A stretch of 64,000 bases of DNA from Trichoplax adhaerens (Eukaryota; Animalia; Placozoa). A model generated the notes under the pieces. That model searched no databases, had not been told where the DNA came from, and was given only the letters and a program-made list of their open reading frames with translations. The stretch is taken from assembly GCF_000150275.1 (NCBI RefSeq), contig NW_002060961.1, forward strand, positions 1,272,569 through 1,336,568, in the 5' to 3' direction. Below are positions 13,401 through 27,200 of this stretch, piece after piece (positions within the stretch are counted from its first letter, which is position 1; the number at the start of each line of letters is the position of its first letter). Made by a program: the position numbers and the translations under genes.

Positions 13401-16115
13401 GCAAGCTTGAACCGTGCAATAAAAGTACAAATACGAGTATATACAGGCCGTATATTATACGGGAAGTATAACGAGCGTGAATGAGTTCTACTGCATTACT
13501 AATTTTGAGGTAAAAGTTGCTCCGGCAGGATAAGATTTTCAACTGATATTTGAATATTATGAGTGATTATTTATTTAGTAAATCCTTCGACTATTTGGCG
13601 AACTTAAGGGGCATGTTTATTATTGAATTGCTATCATTACGGCACCATAGCTTTTTAATAAAGTCGGCAAATGCTATAATAATAAGAAGGAATGAACGGC
13701 GGCCTTAATTTAAGGGTATCACTAAATAATAATTCTAGCTAGTCTAATCAATGCATATAGGAGTGATATTTTATTTATAACCTCTTCTACTTATCTCCAA
13801 TTTTAAGCTTTTTGGCAATTTTGCTGTCATCATTATGAATTGGCTACCATTGCAATTAACTTATATGATGTACTAGTGTCGCACACCACTAGTGACAAAG
13901 TAGTCTACACACCCTAATCCTTGCGGAGAACGCCACTTACTGACATAAAGAGGCGAAATTAGCTATATCACCAAATAATTTAGTTCCAATGACCGAATGC
14001 TATAGTATAAATATAGCGTCACAGATAGTGTAGACGAGGTAGTCAGAGATTTACTACCATTTATTATTACTGAAAGAATCTTGACATCCAAGATTATAGT
14101 CTTTACAATTCAATAGCAATTGATAAACTAGTTGGCTATCTAACCGACTAACTAACTAAAAAGTGATCTTCAGGCACCAGCCTTTTATAGTCTCGTCAGA
14201 AACTCCTGGTGCACATAAAATAAAACTATCCTTTTAAAGTTACGCATCGTAACAACTAGATTAATTAAAATTTAAACCATAGATATGTTCTATTACTTGA
14301 CTTTAAATGTTATAACAAATAGATAAACTCCATCAAATCTGATCTAAAGATTGAACACTTAAAGATATACAGTGTGAGATGTGCATGAAAGCTTTTCCTG
14401 GTAACAAGAACGCGGGCATTATCGACATTGGCCATAACATATATTCACTACTAATGTTTAAAGTAATCGACGGCTTAAAATGATATGAAATTATCTTACA
14501 TATTAAATGATGATTGATTTTGATAATTGATGCAATTAATCTCTTAATAGCGATACCAGAAGTAGCAGCAACTATCAAGGTGCAATGATTGAGTTTTGTA
14601 ATTACCCCCTAATTGCAACATACCAGCCATCACCCTATCATTACTTGCTTATTAAGAATAGCGACTAGTTTACATTTTCTCGTGTTTCCCTTAGTATTGC
14701 TAGTGCACTTTCTACATACATTAATGTTGTAAAAAGCTGAAATGACAACACAAGGTTTAATACTGTATTTGAGTTCTTGGAATGCCTTTAATTTAACTAG
14801 CATAATAGTAATGTTGGTAAATATTAGATGCACTTGAACATATCAATAGCACCTGATCCACTAATCCGATTTTAAACGTCCTGCAATACTACATTGCCCT
14901 TAAAGCTGATATTCATAGCAAATGCTATCAAGATTGATGTTTCTTATTGGTACGGTATTACATGGATGCTTTTAACTTTAGGTACTAATAGTATGTAGGA
15001 TTCGAGTGATGCTGTAATCCAATCTCTGCAAATATTGATTTGCCAATTGAAATATTGACAATATCTATGGGGAATTCAAACTAAAAGTAATTTATAGTGT
15101 AGTGTAAATGATTGCCTCTTGTAATAAAATTGTAGAATTAAACGTACTGCAATCAAACATTTCGGTGTACTTAATACTCAGGAAACTGTTTCATCAATGT
15201 AAAATATACGGAGCAAGCAATTACTGACAGTAAAGAAATGAAATAAGAGATTGTTTTTCCTGAAAAGGTGTTGGCAAACTTACTGCTAACAATTTACTCA
15301 TAATGAACATATGGCATTTGAAAGCAAAACTATTGTCAATAATATCATGGCTTGACTATAAAGATTAAAGATTTATCGTTGAGTTCGTTGACGACATCAA
15401 GTAGAAACGAAAGAATATTAACATATTTACAATTTAACCGCTGCCTGTCGTGTATAGGATGTAAACTAGTAAATATTAAAACTATTTCTCACAGAATCAA
15501 TACTTTGAGTGATATTCAAGAAACGGAATTACTTGATTGCTCTGGAATGGAACCCCAATGATGCAGCAATACTTTGAAACCTATGTCTGCGTTTTTGAAC
15601 AGCCAATGGCTATAAAAGTAATTTATACAAATATGTCCATTTTTGAATAAAACAATATCCTATTTTTGGCTTCAGGGCTATTTCTGGTAAACTGCATTGT
15701 TTGCTTACAAATTTAGTTCGATTGATTCTAGAATGCAAGCGGCGATGATTCAAAAGGACCCAATGACATAACAATAAATAGCGATGAGAAAAATGAGACA
15801 AATGCCTTAATTCTTTAACATAAATAATATCTTATTATAGATTCGCGACTACTTTTAGAAAATCATATTGTTTCTAAATTTGATCTAATTTAGTATGAAC
15901 TATTTACGATGATACGATAGAACACTTTACTATCTTTTTAGTTTTCATTCTAACGGGGCAAACTGATCTACACGTTTCAGAAAGAGAAGCGCTTTCAACT
16001 ACTCGAGATTCATTACTAACTTATTACTAACTTATTCTTCGACGAAAATTGTTTTATATTCACGGTTACTGGCTATTTTCTTCGTCATTTGTAATTCTTT
16101 ACGATCAATTGCTGA

Positions 16116-18065
16116 ATGAACTCAGTAAGAATGAATAAATTTTATCGTTCTGTTTGTCAATGCCGCCATTTGCCAAGGCAATTATTGGCCAAACCTTTGC
16201 GTCTTCTATCGACAACACAGAATTTACGTTACAAGGATCAGAGTGATACATTCACTAGAGGAATATTTAGCGGTAAACTTAAACTTAATCAACTATTTCC
16301 TTATCCAGATGCCTTAAATGATGAATCGAAAGAAACATTAAAGATCATGTTGGATCCATTTGAAAAATACTTTTCTGAAGTTCACGATGCCAAACAGAAT
16401 GATATCGCTGAGACCACATTAGAAAAAGCTTTTTCTGTATTTAAAGAAATTGGAGGAATGGGATTTCTAGCTCCAGAGCAATACGGCGGACTAGGACTTA
16501 AGAATACACAATATGCTCGCATATTAGAAATATTTGGAAAATACGATTTATCATTCAGTGTCACCGTAGGTGGACATCAATCGATTGGATATAAAGGTCT
16601 TGTACTATTTGGCACCGATGAACAGAAGCAAAAGTATCTACCTGATCTAGCTACGGGTAAAAAGATAGCAGCTTTTTGCCTAACGGAACCTATGGCGGGC
16701 TCAGATGCTGCTTCTCTACGAACTAAAGCAGTTCTTGATGACGATGGTAAACATTATATATTAAATGGTAATAAAATATGGATTACTAATGGTGGCTTTG
16801 CGGATATCATGACTGTTTTCGCTCGAGTTGTACGTAGAAAAGAAGATTCCGATGAGACTACTGAAGGCATAACAGCTTTTATTGTAGAAAGAGATTTTCC
16901 CGGTGTGACAAGCGGTCCAGCGGAAAAGAAAATGGGATTAAAATCGTCTAATACTGCGTCTATTTATTTTGATAATGTCAAAGTTCCGGTCGAGAATATG
17001 ATAGGAAAAGTTGGAGAAGGATTTAAAGTTGCTATGAATATACTTAATAACGGTCGATTTGGATTAATTGCAGTATCATCAGGATTAATTAGGATGTTAG
17101 TTAGCAAAACTAGCGAGCACGCTAACAATCGGATTCAATTTAATCAAAAATTAATCGAATTTCAAGTAGTTCAAGAAAAACTAGCCAAAATGGCCATGGC
17201 TCATTACGCAGTTGAATCGATTGCTTACATTCTTTGCAATAACATGGATCGAGGTATAACCAATTTTCAGCTCGAAGCCTCAATGAGTAAAATATTTGCA
17301 ACAGAAGCGGCATGGCACTGTTGCGATGAATGTATTCAAGTTTTAGGTGGAAATGGATATATGAGAGATAATGAAATTGAACGCCATCTACGAGATATTC
17401 GGGTATATCGTATTTTTGAGGGAGCCAACGATACTTTAAGAGTACATATTGCGTCTGATGGTATCTATTCTGCCGCTAAGAATATGAGAGAGAATCAGAA
17501 ATTACTAAATGAGTTTGGATCTCAAAAATCGGTTACAGAGCCTCATGGCAAAAAATTAATTGAAGCTGTTGCCCCTTCTTTACGTGATTCTGCAATAAAA
17601 GTAACAGGATGCGTTGAAGAGTTTGCATCAGCAGTACGAATTTTACTACTTAAGCATGGCAAGAATATTGGCAATCAACAATTTTTGTTGACACGTTTGG
17701 CAGATACCGCAATCGATTTATATGTCATGACTGCTGTACTAGCAAGAGCTACCAGCGCTATTAATCAGGGCTTGTCGACTTCAAATCATGAACAACTATT
17801 AGCGACTACATATGTAACTGAGGTTAGCGCAGATTGCATTACCGGTTCTTCATGCTGTTTTAAGTTAAGATATTAGTTTTATTAAAATTTTCCTATCCTC
17901 ATTTTGGCAATTGTAACGTTATTTCAGGGCTGTAGCCGCGTAGAAAGAAATCTTCTAAAAGTTAAAAATCCCGAAAATTTGACGACTTATGCAGCTTTTA
18001 CTCAAATTGCCAGCGAAGTTAGTCAAGACGATACCGTAGTAACCGCTCGTCCGTTAGGTTTCTAG
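16116..18065 (+). CDS. ACADVL: VLCAD/ACAD9-family acyl-CoA dehydrogenase, paralog 2; exons 16116-17822 and 17928-18065 (614 aa; aligned start probably ATG 16131)
   Basis: Same motif set (FCLTEPMAGSD, NGNKIWITNGG, RIFEGAND). Intron 17823-17927 at the identical position; 138-nt last exon ends ARPLGF*. Confidence 0.93.
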
Positions 18066-21000
18066 TTGACAGTGTAATTGTCCATTATATATTATATTCG
18101 TACATTTATTGCACAGCACATTTTTAAATTTCGCCGGTAGTTTGGTGCTAAAGTGTACTACCCATAAAATTTGATGGAGTAAAAGGAGCTTGGTTATTCG
18201 TATCAATCTGATGCATTCCCTATCGTCATAGTTTGCTTGTACAGTGACAAAAAATACGCTTGAAAAGTTCTTGTACAATATATATCATTTTTAATATGGG
18301 TGAAATAACTTTACGTTAGAATATCGTAATTTTCCTGAAAATTAGTGTTGCTCTCTTAATATTTCCCACTACATTATATTATCATACAATAACTACGTCA
18401 AATACTGTAATAGTAATCATGTCAGAATCATAAACATTAGATCAGTATGATATAATGTAAGTGCCGTGCAATAGGCTGTAGCTCTAGTGAGGAATTGATC
18501 ACATCTGACTACAATGCATGGTCAAAGAGCGACAAATTAGTTTTTTGTCCTACCTTAACATGCTATGCCTGAAGTCACTTTTAAAGTAATAAAGCCATGA
18601 TTTCTCTGTATTTACTTAGTTGTCGATTAAAAATAATATAGTCTATTTATATGAGTACAAAACTACATGACAGAAGGTAAAATTTAATTGTTTGGTTATC
18701 AAAAATATTTTGTCCACTCATTGGAACGAAACAATACTAGGTGAATCTGTTGATCAAGCAATTTAGATGATCGCCTTCGAATTTTTATATCTGAAGGTCC
18801 ATCTTGGTTGAATAGCAACACACGATATAGAACGTTTTATACAGTTGAGTTTGGATTTTTGATTTCAATTTCCCGTTAATGAATAGATTTGGTTCGATGC
18901 CATAGATGGCACTAGACGTAGAATTTCTGTCCACTGTATATTTTCTACACATGTCTGAACGATTACTATGGCTTCTAAAATGAGTCAATTATGTTAATGA
19001 ATAAATTTTCGAACTTCGTTCTCAATAGTTTTGTTTTAAATCAAATTCAATTAAGTCTGATCCATTTAGAGATAGTTATTCTAATATTAATGATTTGATC
19101 AGCATTGTATCAGGCTTTTCCCTAAATTTATCCACAGTACAACACTTACTCCTGATGGTCTCCCTGTAGTAATTTCAGCAAAGTACAACAGTAAATGTGT
19201 TAACAGTTCTTCATTCATTTAAAGTAAGCTTTCGCTGTATATCGTCAATTCGATTGCTATCGTCAGGTGTTCATAGTAAAGTACACATTTCTGCCAGACT
19301 TTAAAGCCAAATTTTGTTACAAAATTTGGTCAGTTTATACTGTAGTACGTTTACATAAACATTAACTAGCTACAGTACATAGCTTGTTCTACGAGCGAAT
19401 TATTAATTCCCTTAAATTATGTCGCTTAATGCTATATCGAGATATACATAAAGTAAAAGCCGATTTTTTGGGAAAAGCCATCACGGCCAAACGGAGAGTG
19501 AGGTTATTATGAACAAATCAGCTTCTAGTTTATATGCACAGATTAACTTGCTATACCACCTGTTCTACAAACGAATCATTGATCTCTCTTAAATTGTATA
19601 GCGTAGAGTAATTCAATTTCGATCAATGCTTCAATTATAATTAAAATTAATGCCAGGTATATTTATTTAATAAGTCTAGCAGAGTGAAATATGTTAATAC
19701 TGAAGAAAGCGTAAGATACTGTCGATGACTTTTGAAAAAAATAGCATAGTACAAAGCACGGGTACTCAATTTTGAAATTGTATAGACAGCTCGTTATAAT
19801 AGTGTATGAACTATAATTATCGAAGCGGCAGACACTATACTTAGGGGTGTTTAAACACTGGTTCCTTCAGATATTTAAAAATACAGTAATAGTATGAGAA
19901 TCATTTGCTTTTATTGAAGCTGCAGTTACTATGTTGTCGTAATTTATTGTTGTCCGATGATTTAGTGGTATAATTAGTAACTAAGTAGCTGACTATGGTG
20001 TATATCACATACTGTTAGGCATTTCGACTGAAAAATGTATACTCGCATGCTGCTTTGTATATTAAGTACCGTGTTCGGTAGAAGTTTTGTTATGTTATTA
20101 TTACAACTTACAATAATCATATACTGAGCTCACGCTAACAATATGGCAGCATATGTACTGCTTGACTATAGAGTTTAGAGGGTTTTCGCGAAATTATCTG
20201 GTAATATTAAGACTTAGGCAGTTCCAAAAGTCGACGACGAGTTTCCACAGTTACAGTCGCACATATTAAATTGACTATATTTGGGTTAGTGATTCCTTTC
20301 AGCTTCTAATTTTATAGTCGTCATGGGAAAGACCTTCTTAAAAGTCTTTATAGCTTTAAGGGTATTATAGAACTGAGAAGTTTCCTGAAATAGCTTATTA
20401 TATCAAGATTTTAGCGGTACTGAAGTCGATAACGATCTTCTTGCTGCGCTATTAAATACGAAAAAGAAATGTTTTCGTTAACTATTCCTGTCAGTTTAGA
20501 TTCTACCGCCTTCTTATCAAAAACCTCTTTTATAGTATAAAAGAACGATATAATGTCTGACATCTATACATAAAGTACTTTACAACTTAAGATATATGTA
20601 GTACAGAACTTCTCTCATATACTTAAATTCATAATTGGATGCATCGTGTAAACTCGCACGTGCATGTTTCTCGTAAATTCTCTATCTTCCCGTATTTTCT
20701 AGTAACTTAATTAGATTAGTGTGAGGTTCGAACCTGAAGGGCTAGTATTAAAGTTTACCACTAATGCATAACAACATCTAATAAGATTTCGAACATATTG
20801 GAGCTAATCCACTATAAATTAAGCCTTCTATAGGCTGCTAAGTCTACAATCATCAATTAATACCTACAAATCTCTCTAAGCGTTACTTTTTCACGATTTA
20901 TTTTCCTTGTACTATTAGAAGAATTAATTAAGTTAGACAACTATAATTTAATAATTTTAGTATATCAATTACCTTCCTTCTAATCAAGTTCTATACCGAT

Positions 21001-21442
21001 AAGGATAGTAGAATTTTTAGATTCCAATTAAGAAACACATGAGTCAAGTTTGGCTATCCTAGGAACTTTTAGTGTAATAGTACATTTAGAGATGGAATAC
21101 TACTATGGAGTAGCATTTAGGCAAGTAATATAACTGTCAGCTACCTTCTGGTTATTCCTAATCGGGCCTTACGTTTTTTAGTTTAAAAGCTTGTTCAACT
21201 AGAATTCTGGAAATATGTCGGTGCTTCATAATGTGTAAAGATAATGTAAATTAAATGGTAGGATTCGAGAAATCCAGTCGGCTATACAAACGATTTCTTT
21301 CATTTAAAGCCAACCAGATCATTCTTTTGGTCTATCGCACTAAAAAAGAGGACATAAGTATATTCTTTAATAATTGAGAAACGAAATTTAATGAGACAAT
21401 GCTGTACAGTAATTGTTGACGTATCAATCCGTTTATAGATGG

Positions 21443-21736
21443 AATTCACAACCAGCTGTTGATTTAAGTTTAGCATCCTTCTATTACAGATCTATTCAAG
21501 ATGAAGTGAATGGCTATAATTTAATTATATGATCTGCTAGCTTTCAATTGCTGCTACAATTCACAACTAATTGTTGATTCAAGTTTGGTTTGCATGTAAA
21601 ATTATAAATAATTATTTTATGTATTGTATGACCAAAAAATGATAGTAGCAATAGATCATAGTTATTAATATTTCAGTTGCAGATCTATTCAAGATAAAGC
21701 TGAGGATTATAATGTAATTATATATGATATGCTAGC
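21443..21736. repeat. diverged direct duplication (2 copies, second with an internal insertion)
   Basis: aattcacaac..tgttgatt.aagttt and cagatctattcaagat..tataat.taattatat..gctagc each occur twice in the same order. Confidence 0.7.
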
Positions 21737-24201
21737 CTATGATTACAGCATTGCAGTAATTAGTAAAGGATGTTTCTGTCACGAGAATTACATGTTAAAA
21801 AATGGGTGTGATCGTAATCTTTCTTCTCAGCATTTTATCATTTAGATATAAAATTTCAATCTAAAACAATACTGCAAGGTTTCTTTGTATTACATACTAA
21901 ATAGACCAATAAAATGATTTATTACCTCATCATGATTCTAAAAATGGTGACTGTCTTAATGTCTATTCTAGTTTTAGAATAATACCACGGCATAGTTCTG
22001 CAATATCATCCCATCTTTATACTCAAGTCTGATTAGTAATATTTGTTTCAGCGAAAGTATTTTTGATTCATATTAGTGGAGGATTATCATTACCATAATT
22101 ACGGCATCAAATATTTTCAGATTTCACATAAATTCGCTTTCAAAAATAGTAGATAAAATTAACGATTGATCCTTTGTGCAAAAGCTTTTTCCTATAGTAC
22201 GGTAGTTACATATTATTAAAATTTTCAAACGCTTAATAATCTGCAATGAAGTGAATAAAACATAACATAGATTAATTTATTACAATTTAAGCCCACGTCT
22301 ATTAACAATTTCCAGTATGGATGTCTTTCAATAAATTTCGAAAGAATGAAATACAAACTGTAATTTGGGATTTAAATACTATTTAATTATCGTTTAATTA
22401 TGATATGTTCCGATAAAATAGGGCAAGTCTCTGATAATCATGTTATTGTTCCAATTAGTTATAAGTTCAGTTTCTCCTTACCGTATCCACAATCAATCCT
22501 ATTCTTGAGTCAGTATAACTATCGTTTACGTTACAGGACGTAGGATGACTATCATGTATTTGAACGGGGTTTATAGGATCTAGTGGAGAAAGCTGCTGCT
22601 AGATTTGATAATGTTTTAATTCAACCTATGCACGTATTTATTAGTTATTTGAAATCCAATCATGATTCAATATCAGAGATAAATCCCAACAGCCATTCTG
22701 CTTTTATACTACAATGATCTCTTTATCACCTGTTGATAAATAGTCACTAAAACGCCTAACAATGTCGTATGTGTTCAGTTTGTCTGCTCAATTTGAAAAT
22801 GCTTATAAAATTTACTGGTAAAACATGAAAACTATTGTATTAATTTTATTTTATGGCCAGACAAACATGTTTACTACACTTAGATACGTTTCATGACTGA
22901 AATAACTGTATGCATAATCTAGAAAAGTCTTTTTATTTCATTATGAGTGACCAGCATTGGCCTTTCTTATGGCTTTCAACTAACTGATCAGTATGTAATA
23001 GTAGTTATTGTTATGCAAATCAAGCGGTTTAGTGTATCATCAAAGTATACAAGGATAGCACACTTAATTAGACAAATACATTAGATAAACAATTTGCTCA
23101 AATATTAGGTAAAATTTTTATCAAAGATTTCATTGTTTTTGTACACTGAATAGAGTTCGCACCAGGTCCACAAATTACCATTTACTGTGGTAGTAAATCT
23201 ATTCCAGTAAATTAGTCGGAACCTTTATATATCAACGTTATTTGGCTTAGTCACGCATTTTTCAAGTCCACTCGTAGTTTTTAGACTCCGGTGAAGGTCG
23301 ATTGTCTTCCATTAGGAAGGTAAAATTATAATTTAATTTACGTCAAAAGCCAGGAGAATAACGAGCCGGCTGATCGATTTCGAAATTGGTTAGTTTTAAA
23401 TTCAGGTACGATATAATTACCTTTGCGAGTATTTGCCTTATTACATTGAACTAAATAGTTTTGGATACAAAGTACTAGTGATTACGTAAGTTTATTGAAT
23501 ACAAAGATTAATGCAAGAAGGATAGATTACTTAGCGGTTATCTCAAGCAGCATATTGGTAATATAGCAGATGGAAAATTACATTTGTTTCGACGATTTAT
23601 GCAAGTAGTATTCAAGTAAACAATTCAATTGCCTCCAGTCTCCAGTAGGTGCCAGCTATCCGCTTTCATACCATCGCAACTGATAATATTCGTATGAATT
23701 GGATTTAATAAAATACTGTAGTTCCATTTTAGCTATAAATAATCTCATTTGATGATAATTATGGAACTAACTGAAAAAATTACCGCTCAAAGTAGTTATG
23801 ATATATTACCATTGAACTGACTTACGTATAATCGCGTTTATGAGCTTGTTTATGTGGGAAGCCAGAGATTATCAGAATACGATCAAATTGTAACAATTAT
23901 TGAGAACTGGTGACATTACCATGGCTGGAATATAATAATACGCTAGTCTTGTTCTAAGAAAAATATTCATAGATTGTAGCCATGTCACAATTCAAATATC
24001 GTAGACCTTAAGTCTACAAGACAGCGTCAGAAGCATTCATTCTTACCCCTTTCCGTACGCTGTAAAGTTTCAGTTAAATTCTTAATTGTAGTTTATAGCT
24101 AAGTAATGCATTGATGACTGTTTTTAAAGCGGCGTCGCCTTAGCTTTAGCTGTGCTACTGCTAATATTTAATTTTTGCTGTATTTTTTTAATTAAAGCAA
24201 T

Positions 24202-24271
24202 ATGCGTATCGTGACAACACTGCTGCTGTTCGCTGTTTTGGTTGGTACTCTACCTGAACAACTCCAAGCAG
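24202..24271 (+). CDS. adhesion GPCR exon 1: signal peptide
   Basis: MRIVTTLLLFAVLVGTLPEQLQA followed by a phase-1 donor (g|gtgaaa). Confidence 0.8.
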
Positions 24272-27200
24272 GTGAAATTGATTATGATTACATTAGTTAA
24301 AATATCAGTTTATCAACCTGTAGCTGAAGGGAATGTTTTCAGCTAGTTGTTCTGAATTTATCTATATTGTCTGTATTTTATATTATAGCTCTTCCAACAA
24401 TCACCTTACATCCTAAAAGTACGACTGTTATTCAAGATGCCAGAGTTACAATATCATGCCAAGCTTTCGGTGCTTCAAGTACTGTCATAAAATGGTTTAA
24501 GGATGGATCTCTTATGCCGAGTTCAAGCTTCACCAAAAGTTATTCTTTTGGCCGTCTTTCAAGTCAACTTACTCTGTCAAAGGCCAGTAACAGTGATCAG
24601 GGTTCTTATCGCTGCGAATTCAGCAATACTAATGAAGCAGTCCGTAGTCGTTCGGCCACATAATCGTTTACGGTATGCTATGCACGATGTAAAGTTAATG
24701 AAATAGTTGGATCTTATGACATCCATGTACAGTAGAAGAATCAAATATCTTTCGCCACATCTAGCATATTATTCGAGTAACTCATTTTTAAATGCCTGTT
24801 CTAATTATGGATTAACGCCATTTCAGTTCAAACTGACAAATCGTACTTAATTCTATTACTTTAGGTTATGATAATATAAAATCATGAATAGAGTACTAAG
24901 TCTATAATATCACTGATTGCTGCAATTAAAGTATTTTCTACTATGCTTAAGATTCACAGTTACAGATATTGAATCAAAGCCAATTATATCTTTGACTGCT
25001 ATTCTTGCATAAAAATACATTCTTTATTTAAGGATGCTCAATAAGGAATTAAGTTATAGAAAAACTCCAGACAAATACTACATTGTATTAATTGATTTAT
25101 ATTGTCACAAAGCTATAATAATTCATACTGCCTTGAAAAGCTATTTCTGTTTCTTAGCATAAATGTGAATGAATTAATTTTAAATACTATGTAAGGTTTT
25201 TGAAATGTACTCTTGTTTAAAATCCGACGGCTTTACTTTTGATAGAAGTCCTTAAAGAGCCCAGCAATCGAGGTCGAGAATTTTACATCTCATTTCCTAG
25301 GCAGTATTCAAATTTTACCGTTAATCCTTATTTCCTGATAACCGCATCTGGTAAATCTGCAACAGTAAACGTGTTCAATTATCATTTGAACAAGAGTAAG
25401 CGATATTCCGTTGAATCAAACGAGACACTCGCAATTAACTATACTGGTATGACCGAAAGCAAAGGCATAGGATTAACTTCCGAAATTATCCGCATTGTAT
25501 CTGATCAAGAAATCAAAGTAACAGCTTACCAGCCGTATCTAAATCGCTCTGAAGCTTCTTTAATATTTCCGATTCCACTTTATGGCAAAAAATATGTTAT
25601 TGCAACCTATAAGCCAACTGTCAAAGCCAAATTTCTCATTCTGTCTCATCGAGAACATACTCACGTCAATATTACATTCCCTAAAAATACCTTGTATAAC
25701 GGTAGAATTTATAATAGAAGCTATCCACTGAATATAACATTGCAGAGACATCAAGTGTTTCAATTCCACAGCAAAAGCGATTTAACTGGAACAATCATGC
25801 AGTCTAATGAAACTGTCGGTATTTTCTCGGGTAATGAGTGCGCTAATATTCCTAGCCAAAGTAGTGTTTGCAATACTATGTTTGAACAATTTTTGCCAGC
25901 GTCAAAGTTGGGCCAAAGTTACGTTCTCTCTACCGTGTCTGCCAGAAATTCCGGTAATATCTATCGTGTCGTAGCGGCCTATGATAATACCACCGTTGAT
26001 ATTCCATCTCTATCTCAGACGCATACCTTAAATCAGGGTTATTATACAGAATTTGAGTTGTTTTATAACGAAGAAACAGTTTTAGTTTGTGATCTGCCAT
26101 GTTTGCTTGTTCAGTTTACCATTGGAGGAGGCTCAGATAGTCAACGATCTGATCCATTCCTGACTCTTGTACCGGCCATAGAACACTATAAATCCAATTA
26201 CATCGTCCATATTCCATCCATAGCGACAAGTCAATATCAAATTTATCATAACTACCTTGTGGTGATGATACCAGCAAGCTATCGTGATGGATTACTCGTG
26301 AATGGTAATAATTTAACTGGAATAACATGGCATACAGTTTTTACCAACGGAAGTCTCGACTATGCTTGCGCATCCATTGCTATTACCAATGCTACATATA
26401 CAGTCAGCCATGTCAGTGATCAAGTATCGTTTGGATTAATTCAGTATGGCTGGAGCAGTCAAGGGATAGCCTATGGATTTATGGGTGGTATACGAGAAAA
26501 CACCACGATAACTACATGTAAGCAGAAGATATTATCGTAATTTAAAAGCGTATTTGTCACTTCTGTACTTTAATGTAGTAATACAGTACTATATATATAA
26601 TGTATATATATATATAAAATAATGCTGTATCAGTTGATTGCTTACGAAAGAAACTGTTAATTTATAGATGTAAATCATTCCATTTCGATAACGTAGATGT
26701 GAGTAGTTCATGAAGATTAATAAGTAGCAATGATCAAATAAATGCAAAGACTCAGTATACATGTTTATATGATGCTTTCCCTTATAGCATATCAACTAAT
26801 CAATTATAGCAGACAGTTGGTATTATTTAGTGTATAACAAAACTGCTGAGTATTCTATTTCCATTTCTTGACTTAGTGATATTAATAACAGGTCAGATAT
26901 CTTTAATCTCTTGAGTGCAAATGTACCACGCGGTGTGTGACCGTGTCAAAATTGCTTATTCTCTACTATTAACTTCATAAGTGGAATTCTTATAATTTTA
27001 AATTCTTATTTTTAGTTTTTCCTCCGGTAATTACCCTTCAGCCAGACGATCAAAATAATACTCTTGGACAAACTATACAATTAGAGTGTACAGGAATCAG
27101 TAATCCTGCATCAACTTTAGTTTGGTTAAAGAATGGAATCCCCATAGCAAATACTGATGGTACAGCAACGATTCAGGGAAATCTTACCCATGGCAGTTTG

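Noticed and set aside
2016-19000. Short 60-81 aa ORFs between and antisense to the dehydrogenase genes
   Set aside because: No recognisable motifs, often non-ATG starts, and composition typical of random AT-rich DNA.
19307-19329. 23-bp near-perfect palindrome ccaaattttgt-t-acaaaatttgg (similar hairpin at ~52265-52296)
   Set aside because: Isolated AT-rich palindromes are expected at this composition and have no supporting context.
20719-20745. GGTTCGAACC box-B/T-arm-like motif suggesting a tRNA or SINE
   Set aside because: No acceptor stem, D-arm or anticodon arm can be folded around it.
23340-23410. Possible non-coding first exon of the GPCR (donor-like cag|gtacga at 23406)
   Set aside because: Plausible but unsupported without transcript data.
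24661-24663. Programmed frameshift or stop readthrough at the GPCR lesions
   Set aside because: No slippery heptamer or evident structure; simple indels explain them.
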